Shown here piece after piece: positions 39,940-52,356 of a stretch of DNA of 64,000 nucleotides. The notes under the pieces are model-generated. The model was not told where the DNA came from. It did no database searches and worked only from the letters and a program-made list of their open reading frames with translations. A program made the position numbers and the translations under genes. The stretch covers positions 16,864,001-16,928,000 of the forward strand of contig NC_045717.1 in assembly GCF_009834535.1 (NCBI RefSeq), given 5' to 3'. Within the stretch, counting starts at the first letter, position 1. Every line of letters starts with the position of its first letter. The stretch is from Camelus ferus. Its lineage: Eukaryota.

Positions 39940-40700
39940 ACCCCGGATTAGTGGCCAGCTGTCCCCTCCTGGGCGGTAGCTGAAACCCAAGACGGGGATT
40001 AGAAAGATTTTCATTCCCAGCCTGGTGGCGGCGGCGGTGGTGGTGTTTCCAGGCGGCACCTGTGCAGGTGTGTGTGGCGCTGCTGCCTCTCGCAGCGGAG
40101 GGCAAGGCTGGCCTGAGGTCGGCGCTAGTCAGCCGCCCAGAGTCAGCCTGGTCCTCCTGACCCATAGACGACTCGGGAAGCGCTGGGGCTGGTGACCTTC
40201 GAACAGCACCGAGGCTGGCTTTGAAGAAAGCAGGAAAAGTCAGGCGGGCAAGGTCGCCCGGGGTGGAGCAGAAGAGCCGACTTTGCCCACCTTTGGTCCC
40301 TCTTCTGCCCCAGGGATCCAAGAGTGACCTTAGCAGCGAGTCCCCTCAGGCTCCCCGTGGAGGAGGCGGGGGCCCAAGAGGAGACAAGGTCACCTGTTGG
40401 AAGGTGGAGAAGGAGTTCGCGCTGGAGGTGGGGGCGGGAGCTGAGGCCGCTGTTGGGGAGCGGGCGCCGGTTCCCAGGCCGCCGGGAGCTGGGTCTTGCG
40501 GTTCCCACGGGTGCTCCCGCGGCAGATGGGCCCAGGCCTCTTTGTCCCCGGTCCGCGGCCGCTGCAAGGTCAAAAGTCACCTCGGGGCCGCGGGCAGGGG
40601 TCAGGAGGGCGGGGCCGGACCTCGACCGCCCTACCAGGGCCCCAGGGGATGCGGCGACGGTGGAGCTACTGGGAGGGGGCGGGGCGGCCGCTGAGGGGTT
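39940..40700. promoter_or_regulatory. CpG-rich element between USHBP1 and NR2F6 (candidate enhancer)
   Basis: High CpG density, four AAGGTCA sites and a DR1-like element. Confidence 0.6.
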
Positions 40701-42057
40701 GGATCAATCCAAGGTTCTGGAATCTACGGCAGACCTTCTCCCCAGATCACTGTTTAGGAGCCCTCCTCCCTCAGACTTGTGTCCCTCAAACCTCAGTTCC
40801 CTGCCCTCTTCCTTCTCCAGCCTCCCTCTAACCATCCCCCGAGCCTTCTCTCCTCTACAAGTCTCCCTCTGTCATCTCTTCTCTGAGACCCCCCCCCCAC
40901 AAATCCCCCAACCAAGGATCCTGGAAAGTCCAGACCAGAGACCTATGGCTCCTGTCCTCACCCTAAATATCCAGCTAACGCCCCCATATTCCCAGGCAGC
41001 CCCAGAAACAAAGGGCTCTCTCTAACCATCCAGGCCCTTTCCCCCCAGAGTGGCTTACAGGCCAGAGAACTATAGTCAGACCCATGGAAAGTCCGTGCTT
41101 ATGTCTAACCCTAGTCCTTCTTGCTTTCCATACTTGCTAAAACCTCCCCTACTTCATACCCAGCCAGACCTTCCCTGCGAGAGCCAGAGGCCCCAGGGCT
41201 GGGCGTGCATTGACTGGCTTCTCTAGAACCTTGATATCCTCAAGTGCTGCATGATCTCCAAGCATCTCCTGCCCTCACCAAGGAGGGTTCCCGCTCAGAT
41301 GTCTTCTAGAAAGGGAATGCCTTTTCCCAAGGATGCTCCCTGAGAAAAGAAGGTGTAGGAGCCCATGGGGGCAGAGGGCACCGCTCCTCTTCAGGCAGCC
41401 CTCAAAGGCCCAGGCACGTGTCCTCGTGTCCAGCTTAACCCAGGGCAGGGTGGGAGATAAGGCAGGGTGCCTGGCCCTGCAGGACTCCAAGGTGAAAGGT
41501 CACTGCAGGAAGGGCTTTTCCAGCGGGTTAAAAGTTAACAGGCTCAGAAACAGAGGCTAAGGTTTCCTTGCTCAGGGCGGCTAGGGGGCATGCAAAGGGT
41601 GCTTAATAAACACTGGCCGCCCCTGCCCAGGCTCTTGGGGGTGAGGCCCAGGGTCTTGGGGGTGACTTGGCAGCTGGGAGTCTCTGGGGGAGCCTGGAAG
41701 AGACATCTGTAGTCCGGACGGCCGCCAGGCCAAGCCCTTTCTGTAAAGCACAGAAAGAAAAGGAAATTAAAGGGGAATGGGGGCAGGCCCCAGCAGGGGT
41801 GGTGGGCATTCCTGTCGCCTCCAGCCTGGCTGGGCGGGTGGGCGCCCTGCCCCCAGAGGCCTGAAATTCTGGCGAGGGGCCCCCTGACCTCGCGCCCCCG
41901 CCGGCCACAGACCACAACATCCCTTCCCCCCGGAGATTCCGAGCACCAGGTGTTAGCCTAAGCAGAGAATAGGTGGGGTGGGGGTCGGACGCAGCGACTT
42001 TCTGGAAGAGGAAGCAAACACAATCCATCATGCAACTGTGCAAAGAAATGCCCCAGG

Positions 42058-42093
<36 letters not shown>
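42058..42093. repeat. (TG)n microsatellite
   Basis: About 17 TG units with one CG interruption. Confidence 0.95.
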
Positions 42094-42094
<1 letters not shown>

Positions 42095-42441
42095 GCGCAG
42101 GGGCGTGCCCCCCGTTGCAACTGGCCCCCCATTATTGCTTCTGCCGGGAATGCAAGGGGTGGTGCCGAGGGGCGCCTCGAGGGCGGTTGAACGACACAAC
42201 GTCCAAGGCCGGAGGTGGAGGGGAGGGCCTTAGAGAGACATCTTGGCGAGGCTGCGGAAGGGCAGAGGGCAGCAGTGGCCCAGGCTCCCGCCGCGGCCCG
42301 GCAGGGGTTAAGGCTGGAGCGGGCCGAGGGCGGGGGTGGGAGGGTGGGGGAAGGGGGAGGGGAAAGAGGGAGGGTCAGGGCTAGCGGCCCCGCGCTCCGC
42401 CCTCGCCCCTCCCGCCGGCCCGGGCGCCGGGCGCCGCGCAC

Positions 42442-42613
42442 NNNNNNNNNNNNNNNNNNNNNNNNNNNNNNNNNNNNNNNNNNNNNNNNNNNNNNNNNNN
42501 NNNNNNNNNNNNNNNNNNNNNNNNNNNNNNNNNNNNNNNNNNNNNNNNNNNNNNNNNNNNNNNNNNNNNNNNNNNNNNNNNNNNNNNNNNNNNNNNNNNN
42601 NNNNNNNNNNNNN
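42442..42613. other. Assembly gap (172 N)
   Basis: Run of N in the GC-rich promoter. Confidence 1.
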
Positions 42614-43007
42614 GAGAACGAGGCTCGGGCCCAGGCGCAGGCCCAGGCCGGGCGGGCGCGGCCGCAGCGGGGGCGGCAGCTCGGGAAGCGCCGGCCCGCC
42701 GCCCTGCAGGCCTGGAGCGGCCGCCGGGGGCCCGGGGGACTCGGGGGGCGCGGTGACCAGCCCCGGCGCGCGCCCGCTGCCCCTCCCCCCCGCCGCGGGC
42801 GGCCGCGCAACTTGCGGCCAAACTTTCCCCCCGGCCTCCCGCGCTCGGATGGCAACCCGCTAAGTTGGCCGCAGCCCTCGGCGGAGCGGCGGCCAGGCCA
42901 GAGGGCGCCCCTAGCGCAGCCTGGGCCGGGCCATGGCCCATGCTCCCCCGCCGGGGCCCCAGGGCGGCGGGACGCGAGTCCCCAGGGCCCCCGGCCCGCA
43001 CCTCTAG

Positions 43008-43155
43008 NNNNNNNNNNNNNNNNNNNNNNNNNNNNNNNNNNNNNNNNNNNNNNNNNNNNNNNNNNNNNNNNNNNNNNNNNNNNNNNNNNNNNNNNNNNNN
43101 NNNNNNNNNNNNNNNNNNNNNNNNNNNNNNNNNNNNNNNNNNNNNNNNNNNNNNN
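43008..43155. other. Assembly gap (148 N)
   Basis: Run of N in the NR2F6 5' UTR region. Confidence 1.
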
Positions 43156-43256
43156 CACCGGGGCCTGATGCGCCCCGGGTAGGGTCCCCCGGGCCGAGAG
43201 GGGTGCCCCGAGGGAAGAGCACGGAGGGGGCGCCCCGGCCCCGCTGCCCTGGGGCT

Positions 43257-46200
43257 ATGGCCATGGTGACCGGCGGCTGGGGCGGCTCTGGCGGCGGCGG
43301 CGACACGAACGGCGTGGACAAGGCAGGCGGCTACCCGCGTGCCGCGGAAGAAGACTCGGCCTCACCACCCGGCGCCGCCAGCGACGCTGAGCCTGGCGAC
43401 GAGGAGCGGCCGGGGCTGCAGGTGGACTGCGTGGTGTGCGGGGACAAGTCGAGCGGCAAGCACTACGGCGTCTTCACCTGCGAAGGCTGCAAGAGCTTCT
43501 TCAAGCGGAGCATCCGCCGCAACCTCAGCTACACCTGCCGGTGAGCCCCCTATCAGCTCAGGGCCGCCGGGCATCCGGCCCCGGCCTGGGCCGGGCCTCT
43601 GACCGCCTCGGTCACCTTGGGCCTGGCACTGACCTTCCCTGGGTCTCTACTCCCCCGGGTCTCTACTCCCCCTCTGAGATAGGGGCACAGCCCCCTCTTC
43701 CCCCTTTCCATTGCATTCCATTCCTGGATTGTGTATACAGTCGGCGCTGTATCGATGCAGGTCCCCCCCATCAGGTGGTCCCTTGTGGCTTCCGTCCCAG
43801 TTACTTGCTTCTCCTCCCTCCCTTTTCCCTGGAGAGGGGTCAACTCCGCGGAGGGAGAGGTCGGGGTTCTGTCAAGGGTGGGACCCTAACTCCAGGGCAT
43901 TCCTTCTCTTCGGAATCTCGGCGTGCGGGGGACCCCGCGGGAATCGAACGTGGAACTTGGACTGTGGAGCTCGCGGCGTCCAGGGGCCATTGTCTGCGGC
44001 CGCGCGGATCGATACGGCGCGCCCTTGGGGTCAAATATCACTTCCAAAGTCGCTCTGGCCACTGAGGCGGCCGCGGGAGCGAAACTGGGGTGGCACACGG
44101 CGGCCTTCTCATGGGTGCCCCTGCTGTGGGAGTAGTTGGGCCTGCCCATGGGGGGAACCCCTCCTGAGCTCAAGCTGGGCCTTGGGTCACCGGAAACTGC
44201 TGCTCGAGGTCCGGGAGGGATGGCTGGATGGGACCGCATCTTGGCAGCTCCACCCCTCCTCCCAGCCAGGAGTGGGTGCGGACCTGGGCTCCTGGAAAAT
44301 CCCTGAAACTTTCGTCGGCTGTGAGGCAGGGTGGGGGTGAATGTTTCCAAGAAAGAGCCCTGGGCTGTCCTAGGTTGGAGTCCCCACTGACAGGGCGTGG
44401 CCTTATTAGCTTCTCTGGTTGGTGCTGGGGCATTGAGTCTGGGGGAGAAGGCGCTGGCCTTGGGTTTCCAGCCCAGGGCCCCCTTTCCCACCACTCTTTG
44501 ATGAGCATCCTTTCGTTCCATTGACAAGCCCCTACTTCCCATTCCGGATGAACCTGCGTGGGCTCTGCAGAACCAGTAGGGAGAGTCCCATTTTCCAGAA
44601 AAGGCAAAACTGAGGTCTAGAAAGGTCCTGGTGCCTGCTCTGGGTCACCTAGAAAGAGACCTAGCCCCATTTGGGATTTAGCTAGGGGAACTGTGTGGTT
44701 GGGAAGGAGGGTGCCTTTGAGTCTGGGTCAGGATGTTTCCAGGGAGAGCTGCTGATGGAGTGCTTGTTGACAAGGCCACTGGGCGGGGCCCTGGGCACCT
44801 GAGGCAGGAGTTTGGCCCCAGGTCCAGCGTCAGGGCCTGTCTGGGGTGGCTGTGTGTGGAGGGGAGCTGGCTTACTCCCTCCTGCACTGCTAACTGGGCC
44901 ATCAGACTTTGGCCTCATTCTTGCTGCTAGAATAACTGCCTGCTCTCTGACCAGGTCTTCAGGGAGGGCAGGGGAGGGGCTTAGGTCGTCTGGGGGTCCC
45001 AGAGGCTCCCTGAGAGCGGGGGCAGGGAGCACTAGGAGAGGTGGGGCATGGGGAGGGGGACATTGTTTGGGGCTGGCAGGCTTTTCAGAAGGTCTGTGCT
45101 GTGGGACCTAGTGAAGTCACCGCTTCTCTCTGAGCTTCAGATTAATTCAGCAAAGTCCTCTCAGGGCTGAGCTTGGGTGGTTTGAGGATGGCCCCCTGGA
45201 GAGACCCCAGCTCCAAGCCCAGCCTTCATCCAGTTTGAAGGAGACACAGTGAGACACAGATGTCCGTAGCCTGTGGGGTCTGGGCTGGGCCAGAGGGAGG
45301 GATGATCTGGGTTCCCAGGAAGGAGCAAGGAACTCTGTCTGAGGGTCAGAGAGGGCTGCCTGGTGGAAGGCCACGGGAGTTAGACCTTGAAGCTTGAGGG
45401 GTTTGGCAGGTAGAAGAGGCAAAGGGCTGTCTTGCAGAGTGTTGCTTTAGCAAACACTCAGGTTTGGGGAGCAGTGTTGTTAGATGAGACCACCCAGGCT
45501 TGGGAGAAGTTAGAGCTGAGTGGGCCTGAAATGCTGGACTGAGGGTGATGGTGAGCCATGGCTGGTGTGGGAGCAAGGAAGGGCTAAGATCAAATTGGAC
45601 CAGAAGCCAGAAACCCTGAAAGAAGGCCAAGCTGAGCTGTGTGGTTGGGCCAAGCATGTGCTCTTTAGGTGGGATAACAGGTAGGACTTACTGTTTCCTC
45701 ATCTGGAGGGACAGAGGATCTGTCCTGACCCTGCAACTGGGGAAGTTGAGGCAGAAGATTTAGGGCCTCCCCTGAGGTCAGAGGATTCTGAGTCCAGCCT
45801 CTGCCTGGCTGCCTGGCTGCCTCAGGCCTGGCCGTTTCCACCCGGCTGCCCAGGACCCTCCCACTGCCTGCCTGCTGAGCTTTGTTCTGGTTCTGCCTGA
45901 GCTCCCTCTGCCTTAGCAGGGCCTCTTCCTGGGGGCTTGGGCTGGGTGGTGGGCAGAGGCCTGGGCTCAGAGGCTGGCGCTGTGGGACACAGGCACTCAG
46001 AGGCCCTCCAGAGCCTCAGCTCTCCTAAACCTGCCATTAGGACCTGCCAGCTGAGGCCTGGGTCTTGACATCCTCTCCTCCTCTCCTCTCTCCTTATTTC
46101 TCTAGAATGAGTGCATCCCATATGGAGGTGGTCTCTGGCCTCCCATTTCCAGATGAGGAAACCAAGGCTCACTGTAGAAGTCAGATATGTTTGATTTTTA

Positions 46201-49200
46201 ACTTCAAGTGTTCGTTTTACTCTGTGACTGTCTCTGGGTACCCTCTTGGTACCTGGCTGGGACTCTAGGCTGTCTACCCCTGGCCTGGGCCTCAAAAGGC
46301 CTGGGGCCCAGGGTGGAAAGAGAGAGGGAGCAGGGGCCAAGGGGAAAGGTGCTGGGGACATTTGAAGAACAAGGGCCTGAACCTTCCTGCTTGGGACTGA
46401 CCTTGGACGTGAGCTCACTGCCTCACAGGGTGGGGCCACCTGTCTCAACCCTGGAAGAAGCAACAACAATCCCCAAGGGCTGCCCAGAGGAAGCTTCCTG
46501 GGCTCAATTAGGAAGTTGGAAGTTCTTTCCAGAGGAGGGGTTTGGGATCTTAAAGGGGGATACAGGATTTCATTCATTCATTCATTTATTCATTCAATGG
46601 CAGTGGCCATGTGCAGGGTGATAATGCTGGGTCCCCACAGAGGACTGGCCCTGGCCTGGCCCCTTAGCTCACAAAGCCCTGCTCCCTGACCACATTCTTT
46701 CTCTACTCTCACATTGCCCTTGGGACAAAGACCCTGTCCCTTGGCCTGACAATGACCAAGTCAAATGAGCCCATCTAGGCCTCCATATTTTGGCATTTCC
46801 AACCTTTTGTTGTCATTACACTCTCTGCCTGGAACTGCCTCTCCATTCACCTGGGGAACTTCTATTCATCCTTCAAAACCCAGTTCCAGCCTACCCTCCC
46901 TGGTTTTGTTGCTAATCTACTTTGCCACAGACTGCTCTTCATCTGTCACCGTTCACCCAAGTTGTCTTTTCCTCTTTGCACACTTGCCACTTTGGAGCCA
47001 CCTGCTGAGTGTGGGTTGGGTGGGGCATTGGTGGTCCTCAGGTGCAGCCTTTAAAGAGAGCTTACAAGGTGGCTCCAGGAGCAGGATGTGGGTGTCACCT
47101 TATGGTGGCCNNNNNNNNNNNNNNNNNNNNNNNNNNNNNNNNNNNNNNNNNNNNNNNNNNNNNNNNNNNNNNNNNNNNNNNNNNNNNNNNNNNNNNNNNN
47201 NNNNNNNNNNNNNNNNNNNNNNNNNNNNNNNNNNNNNNNNNNGTGGGCAGGCAGTGAACAAATGACCTGCCCTCCACTCCCTCTCGGGGTCTGGGAGCTG
47301 TGGAGGGCGGGCTCTGGCGCCTGCTAACCTCATTACCACCGATCTTGACATCCCGTGGGCCTGGGCCTGGGTCTGACCCTGGGCTGGAGGAATCCAATTA
47401 TCCACGGCTGCCTGGTGGCTGTGGCAGAGCTGGGAATGTAAGAGACTCCCTGACTCCACCCCACATTAGAACTGTTCTCCTCCCTGCCCCGCCCCAGTTC
47501 CTCCCCAAGCCACTTGGACTGGGGTGGCCCTGACACCCCGGTGAACCCCTGCCCTCTAGCCTGGACACCACTTTTTCTGAACAAGGATGTAGGTTTTTAT
47601 TTGATTTGCTTTTCCTCCACCCTCCCCCCTCCACCCCCTGCCTTATGTTTGCCCAAGGCAGGAACTCACCCGATTAAGGCAAAGGGCAGCTTACCCTTCT
47701 GCCTGACCTGGGTCACGGGGAGCCAGAGGGAGGCCCAGCTTCTTGTCCCTGCCCCAGGGACTTGGGTGGACACATGTGGGGCAGCTGAGTCTAGAACTAC
47801 ACCAAACACTCTAGAATTCAAGTAGGACCCAGAGACTTCCACACAGAGCCGTTGAGAGCAGAATGTGGCCCACTGAATGAGCCCGTGCTAGACTTCATGC
47901 CTGGACTCTCATGGGCCAGGCTGGCAGTTCTTCCCTGCATCTACCCTGAATCTCTTCTGCTCTAAAGTTGGTTTCTTCTCTGCTGGGTCACTGGAAGAAT
48001 CTGGGAATAGATGCTCAGAGTCTTTCTCTTAAGATTGTCTGATCACTCCCTTTAGCAATTTTAAGTTTGGGGGTGATTCTTTCCCACCCCGCAACCTGCA
48101 TTTTGCCTCCACTTGTTGATTTGAAAATCCTGATGTATGTCAAATCAGGGTCACAGCTCTCCATAATATCTGGGTGGAAATAATAATCTCAGCTCATGCC
48201 CCAAGCACAGCCCTATCTCAGGGTCTTTGCACAGGCTGTTCCCTCTGCCTGGAATGCTCTTCCCCCAGATAACCTGCATGGCTTCCTCCCTCACCTCCTT
48301 TAAGATTTGCTCAAACAACACCTCCTCAGAGAAGCCCTCCTGATTACTCTTCACTTTCGCCCCTTTATTTCTTGCCATCTGTCTTGCTGTATAACTTACC
48401 TACTCCTCCATCAGGATATCTGCTCCTCAAGGTCAGAGACTTCTGTCTGACATATCTCCAGTGCTCAGATCAGGTCCCGGAACACAGAAGGGCCTTAATA
48501 AATGTTTCTTAGCTTGAATTACTGTCCATTTAGCTCTTATGTGCCAAGTGCATTTCTAACCCAGTTAGATACATGCTCATTTAACTCAGTGGTTGGTTTC
48601 ATCATCATTATTATCAACTGCATTTTATAGGTGGGGAAACTGAGTAGAGACCAGAGAGGTGAGACCATTTGCCAGTGTCAGAGGGCAGTAGAATGGTGGT
48701 TGGGAATTTGAACCCAGGCAGTCTGGGCTGAATGAGGCAGAAGAGCTGGGGATGGGGCTCTCAGAAAGCAAGAACAGCAAGTGCGAAGGCCCTGAGGTGG
48801 AAACCTGACTTGGTGATGGAGGAATGGTGAGGGTAGGGTTTAGAACTAAATGGGTCAGGGGTTGACTGGTGGGATTCATTCTTGGGCCTCATCCAGCTAC
48901 ACCCATTTGATAGCTGATCCTGAGACTTGGAAGTCACATGGAGCAAGGCTTGAACCCAAGCCCCTGGTTCCCCGATTAGCTCCACTGGCCCCTGGCTCCC
49001 ACTTGCACCCCCCTCCTCATCTGCTTCATGGTGGTTTGACCGGGAGTTCATGGAGGTGATGAGACAGGGCACACTGCCTCATTAAAGCTCATTAATTAGT
49101 CTCTGTCTGGCACCCAGCCCAGTCAGCCCCTCTACCCCGCCTACTGTGGCACAGGCCAGGCTGGCATAAGGCCAGCCCTCTTCCTCTTGGTGCCTCAGCT

Positions 49201-52200
49201 TCCCTCTTCCCACCTGCCTCATCACAGGGGACACTGGCCAGGGCGAGTAATTGGCCCTACTTCCACTCATACGCAAGGCTGCTGATGGAATCATGTGTTT
49301 ATTGAGCACCTACTACTGGCCAGAACTCTACTCCAAGCGCTGGGGTCACTGCAGAGACCAAGATGAGACCTGCTTTTGGGAACTGGGACCTGCAGGCTGG
49401 GGCTGGGAGGTAGAGAAGTATCGCACCTCCATAGAAAGCTCAGTGCGCAGCCCGCAGTGATCACATGTTTTAGAGGTAGGCTGGCCATGGGCCTGGAGTC
49501 CCAGGAAGGTGCTCCCTCCCTGGTCTCATGCTCAGTTCTTGAACCCCTGTGATTGACAGATGAGGGCATGACTGCCTCCCTAGCTGCCAGGGGAGCTCAC
49601 TCAGTCCAGTAGGAGGGGTCCAGGTATGAATCAAATTAGCCCTCACCTAGTGGTCCCATTCCCACCTGGGAAGGTCCCCCCAAACCCCCTTCTCTGCAGG
49701 AAGTAAGAGTCAGGTGGTAGCAGGACATGCACTCAGGTTGAGGGCACAGGGCAGAGCAGGGTGGGGCCTGCAAGACCTTGGCCTCTGTCCTCCCAACAAG
49801 CTTTGCACCCATGAGGTGGGGGTGGGGGGCTTGGAGGAGAGGGGGCTGAATGACCCTCTGATAACTTTATCTCCTCCCTTTATTCCTCCCTACGCACCCC
49901 CCATGACTCTCTCTGGGTACCCACTTTCCCCCTCATTCCTTCCTCCCTCTTCCTCACACCCCATTCTCCCCTCTCTGGTCGCCTCATGTTCCTCAATCCC
50001 CTTGTCCCATTTTCATCATTCCCTCTCTCCCATTTCCTGACTCCCCTCATCCCCTCGCCCCTCCTCCATCCCCTCCCCTCCTCCTCCCCGTCCCCATTTC
50101 CCGCTGGGGGTGACTACCTCCCTTACCCCCCACCCCCATATGCATCTTCCCCTCGCAGCGGTGCAGCGCGGCCGCATCCCGCACTCGCTGCCTGGCACCG
50201 TGGCAGCCTCCTCTGGCAGCCCCCCGGGCTCGGCGCTGGTGGCGGCCAGCGGAGACCTCTTCCCGGGACAGCCTGTGTCGGAACTGATCGTGCAGCTACT
50301 GCGCGCCGAGCCCTACCCGGCGGCGGCCGGGCGCTTCGGCGCGGGCGCGGCGGGAGCATTCGNNNNNNNNNNNNNNNNNNNNNNNNNNNNNNNNNNNNNN
50401 NNNNNNNNNNNNNNNNNNNNNNNNNNNNNNNNNNNNNNNNNNNNNNNNNNNNNNNNNNNNNNNNNNNNNNNNNNNNNNNNNNNNNNNNNNNNNNNNNNNN
50501 NNNNNNNNNNNNNNNNNNNNNNNNNNNNNNNNNNNNNNNNNNNNNNNNNNNNNNNNNNNNNNNNNNNNNNNNNNNNNNNNNNNNNNNNNNCCGGCCTGCA
50601 CGCCGCGCCCATGGCCGCCGAGCGCGCCGTGGCCTTCATGGACCAGGTGCGTGCCTTCCAGGAGCAGGTGGACAAGCTGGGCCGCCTGCAGGTCGACTCG
50701 GCCGAATACGGTTGCCTCAAGGCCATCGCGCTCTTCACGCCCGGTGAGATGTGCTGGATGGGGGAGTGGGACGGTTCTGCGGCCTTGGGGAGGAGGGAGT
50801 GACCTAGATCTTGACCTGGCCCCCTTAGCTCTCCACTCCTTGACCCACAGTTAGCCAGACTGCACGTGCCTTGAGTGCTGATGGGGGACAGTGGAGGAGG
50901 TGATGCAGGCAGTGTGACACCTTGATGGCCCCACCCCCTGATCCTAGGTCTCCTCAAGAACTTTTTGATCCAGGTCTGGACCTGTGACTCAGGTCCCCAC
51001 GGCCACTCTTCCTGATTCCCAGGCTCCCTGAGACCCCCACCATTCACCCCTCATCAAGATGCTCTTCATGCTCATGGGCACTGACAGCAGAACGACAGGT
51101 GGGGGGATGCGGGAGGGGAGGTCCCCCACCTGGTTCTGGTCCTCACTCTCTGATCTGTCCTCCTTAGACCCTCTGACCCTCTTCTGCCAAATTAAGGTGC
51201 TCTTTCTGTTACTGACCACTTATGGAGAGCTGCCAGGCAGGGTGCTCTGCCACCTGGTTCTGGGCTTCCCTGGGCTCTCCACTCTGCTGGGCACCCAGAC
51301 CTGATCAGACTCCCACTCTGCCCCCTGGACAGCCCCCATGGCATGCCCCGCCCCTCCAGATGAGCTGGATTGGGCTTGAGTGTGGCTCGGAGGTTCCTCC
51401 CACCGAGAGGCGGGACTTGGGGCGGGGCCGCTCGAATTTCTTCCTTGCTGTTAGTAACCATCCAACATCCAAAGCCCTACTTTATTCAAGGGACTGGTGG
51501 AGTAGCTGGCTCTAGACTCTGGAAGGCTCCAGGTCCCACTAGGTGTCTCCTGGGGCCAGATATGCAGGAACCAGACCCAGGCTACTCTGGGAGGTGGCTT
51601 TCATCCAATAAATATGGCTTTGCCCTCCTTATTTCCGCAGACTTTCGCTGCACCCCCACATTCATGGGCCTCCATTCAGATGCTTTCACATTCACTCAAG
51701 TTGCTGGCTTCTCTGGGGTGTCTGAATACCCACTCTAGGCTTTGCTTTCCTCCCCAAGTCCCCTCCCCAGCCCCCAGCCCCCTCTTCCCCTTGAGCTTGA
51801 TTAGAACTTGCCTCCCTGCTAACTCCCTTAGTTGGGGCCCTTCAAGCCTTGAAACATCATTGTCTGTGCCCCTGTGTCATCATCTTCGGATGAGGCTGCC
51901 TTAATCTCTCTCCAGGATTAGCACTGCCTTACATAGCCCCATTTGTGTCCTGGGCCCCCACCTCCCACCTCCTGAGTGCCCTCCTTCTGTACCAACAGCC
52001 CTGAGTGGTGCCCCCCAGTCAGCCCTGGGCTCTTGTGTCCTCTCACCACCTCCTCTTCTGACCTTTCCCTTGTCCCCCCAGATGCCTGTGGCCTCTCAGA
52101 CCCAGCACATGTGGAGAGCCTGCAGGAGAAGGCACAGGTGGCCCTCACTGAGTACGTGCGGGCCCAGTACCCATCCCAGCCCCAGCGCTTTGGGCGCCTG

Positions 52201-52356
52201 CTGCTGCGGCTCCCTGCCCTGCGTGCCGTCCCCGCCTCCCTCATCTCCCAGCTGTTCTTCATGCGCCTGGTGGGCAAGACGCCCATCGAGACATTGATCC
52301 GAGACATGCTGCTGTCAGGAAGTACCTTCAACTGGCCCTACGGCTCAGGCCAGTGA
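43257..52356 (+). CDS. NR2F6: Nuclear receptor subfamily 2 group F member 6 (EAR-2); exon 2 and part of exon 3 not visible
   Basis: Exon 1 43257-43540 (MAMVTGGW...[37 protein letters not shown], zinc finger 1). Exon 3 50159-50743 with an internal gap (ligand-binding domain). Exon 4 52082-52356 (...[25 protein letters not shown]). Exon 2 is presumed to lie in gap 47111-47242. Confidence 0.96.
47111..47242. other. Assembly gap (132 N), probably hiding NR2F6 exon 2
   Basis: Run of N in mid-intron. The second zinc-finger exon is not found elsewhere between exons 1 and 3. Confidence 0.85.
48195..48520 (+). mobile_element. L2 LINE 3' end
   Basis: 'cagggtctttgcacaggctgttccctctgcctggaatgctcttccccca...cttaataaatgtt'. 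Confidence 0.75.
48600..48730 (+). mobile_element. MIR SINE
   Basis: 'cattttataggtggggaaactgag...gaatttgaacccaggcagtctgg'. Confidence 0.7.
50363..50590. other. Assembly gap (228 N) inside NR2F6 exon 3
   Basis: Run of N. Reading frame is consistent across it. Confidence 1.

Larger units (their letters stand above)
42150..44100 (+). promoter_or_regulatory. NR2F6 CpG island (promoter, exon 1, start of intron 1)
   Basis: Extreme GC and CpG content around the first exon. Contains two gaps. Confidence 0.85.

Noticed and set aside
42028-43168. Several 100-376 aa ORFs at the NR2F6 promoter
   Set aside because: They are inflated by N runs read as X and by extreme GC content.
45822-46577. 251-aa - strand ORF in NR2F6 intron 1
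   Set aside because: Spans MIR-like and unique intronic DNA, has no recognisable motif or splice structure, and is plausible by chance in GC-rich sequence.
50340-50362. NR2F6 ...AGAAGAF differing from the expected ...AGAV just before the gap
   Set aside because: Bases at a contig edge in very GC-rich DNA are unreliable. The gap length is also only an estimate, about 30 nt longer than the peptide I expect.
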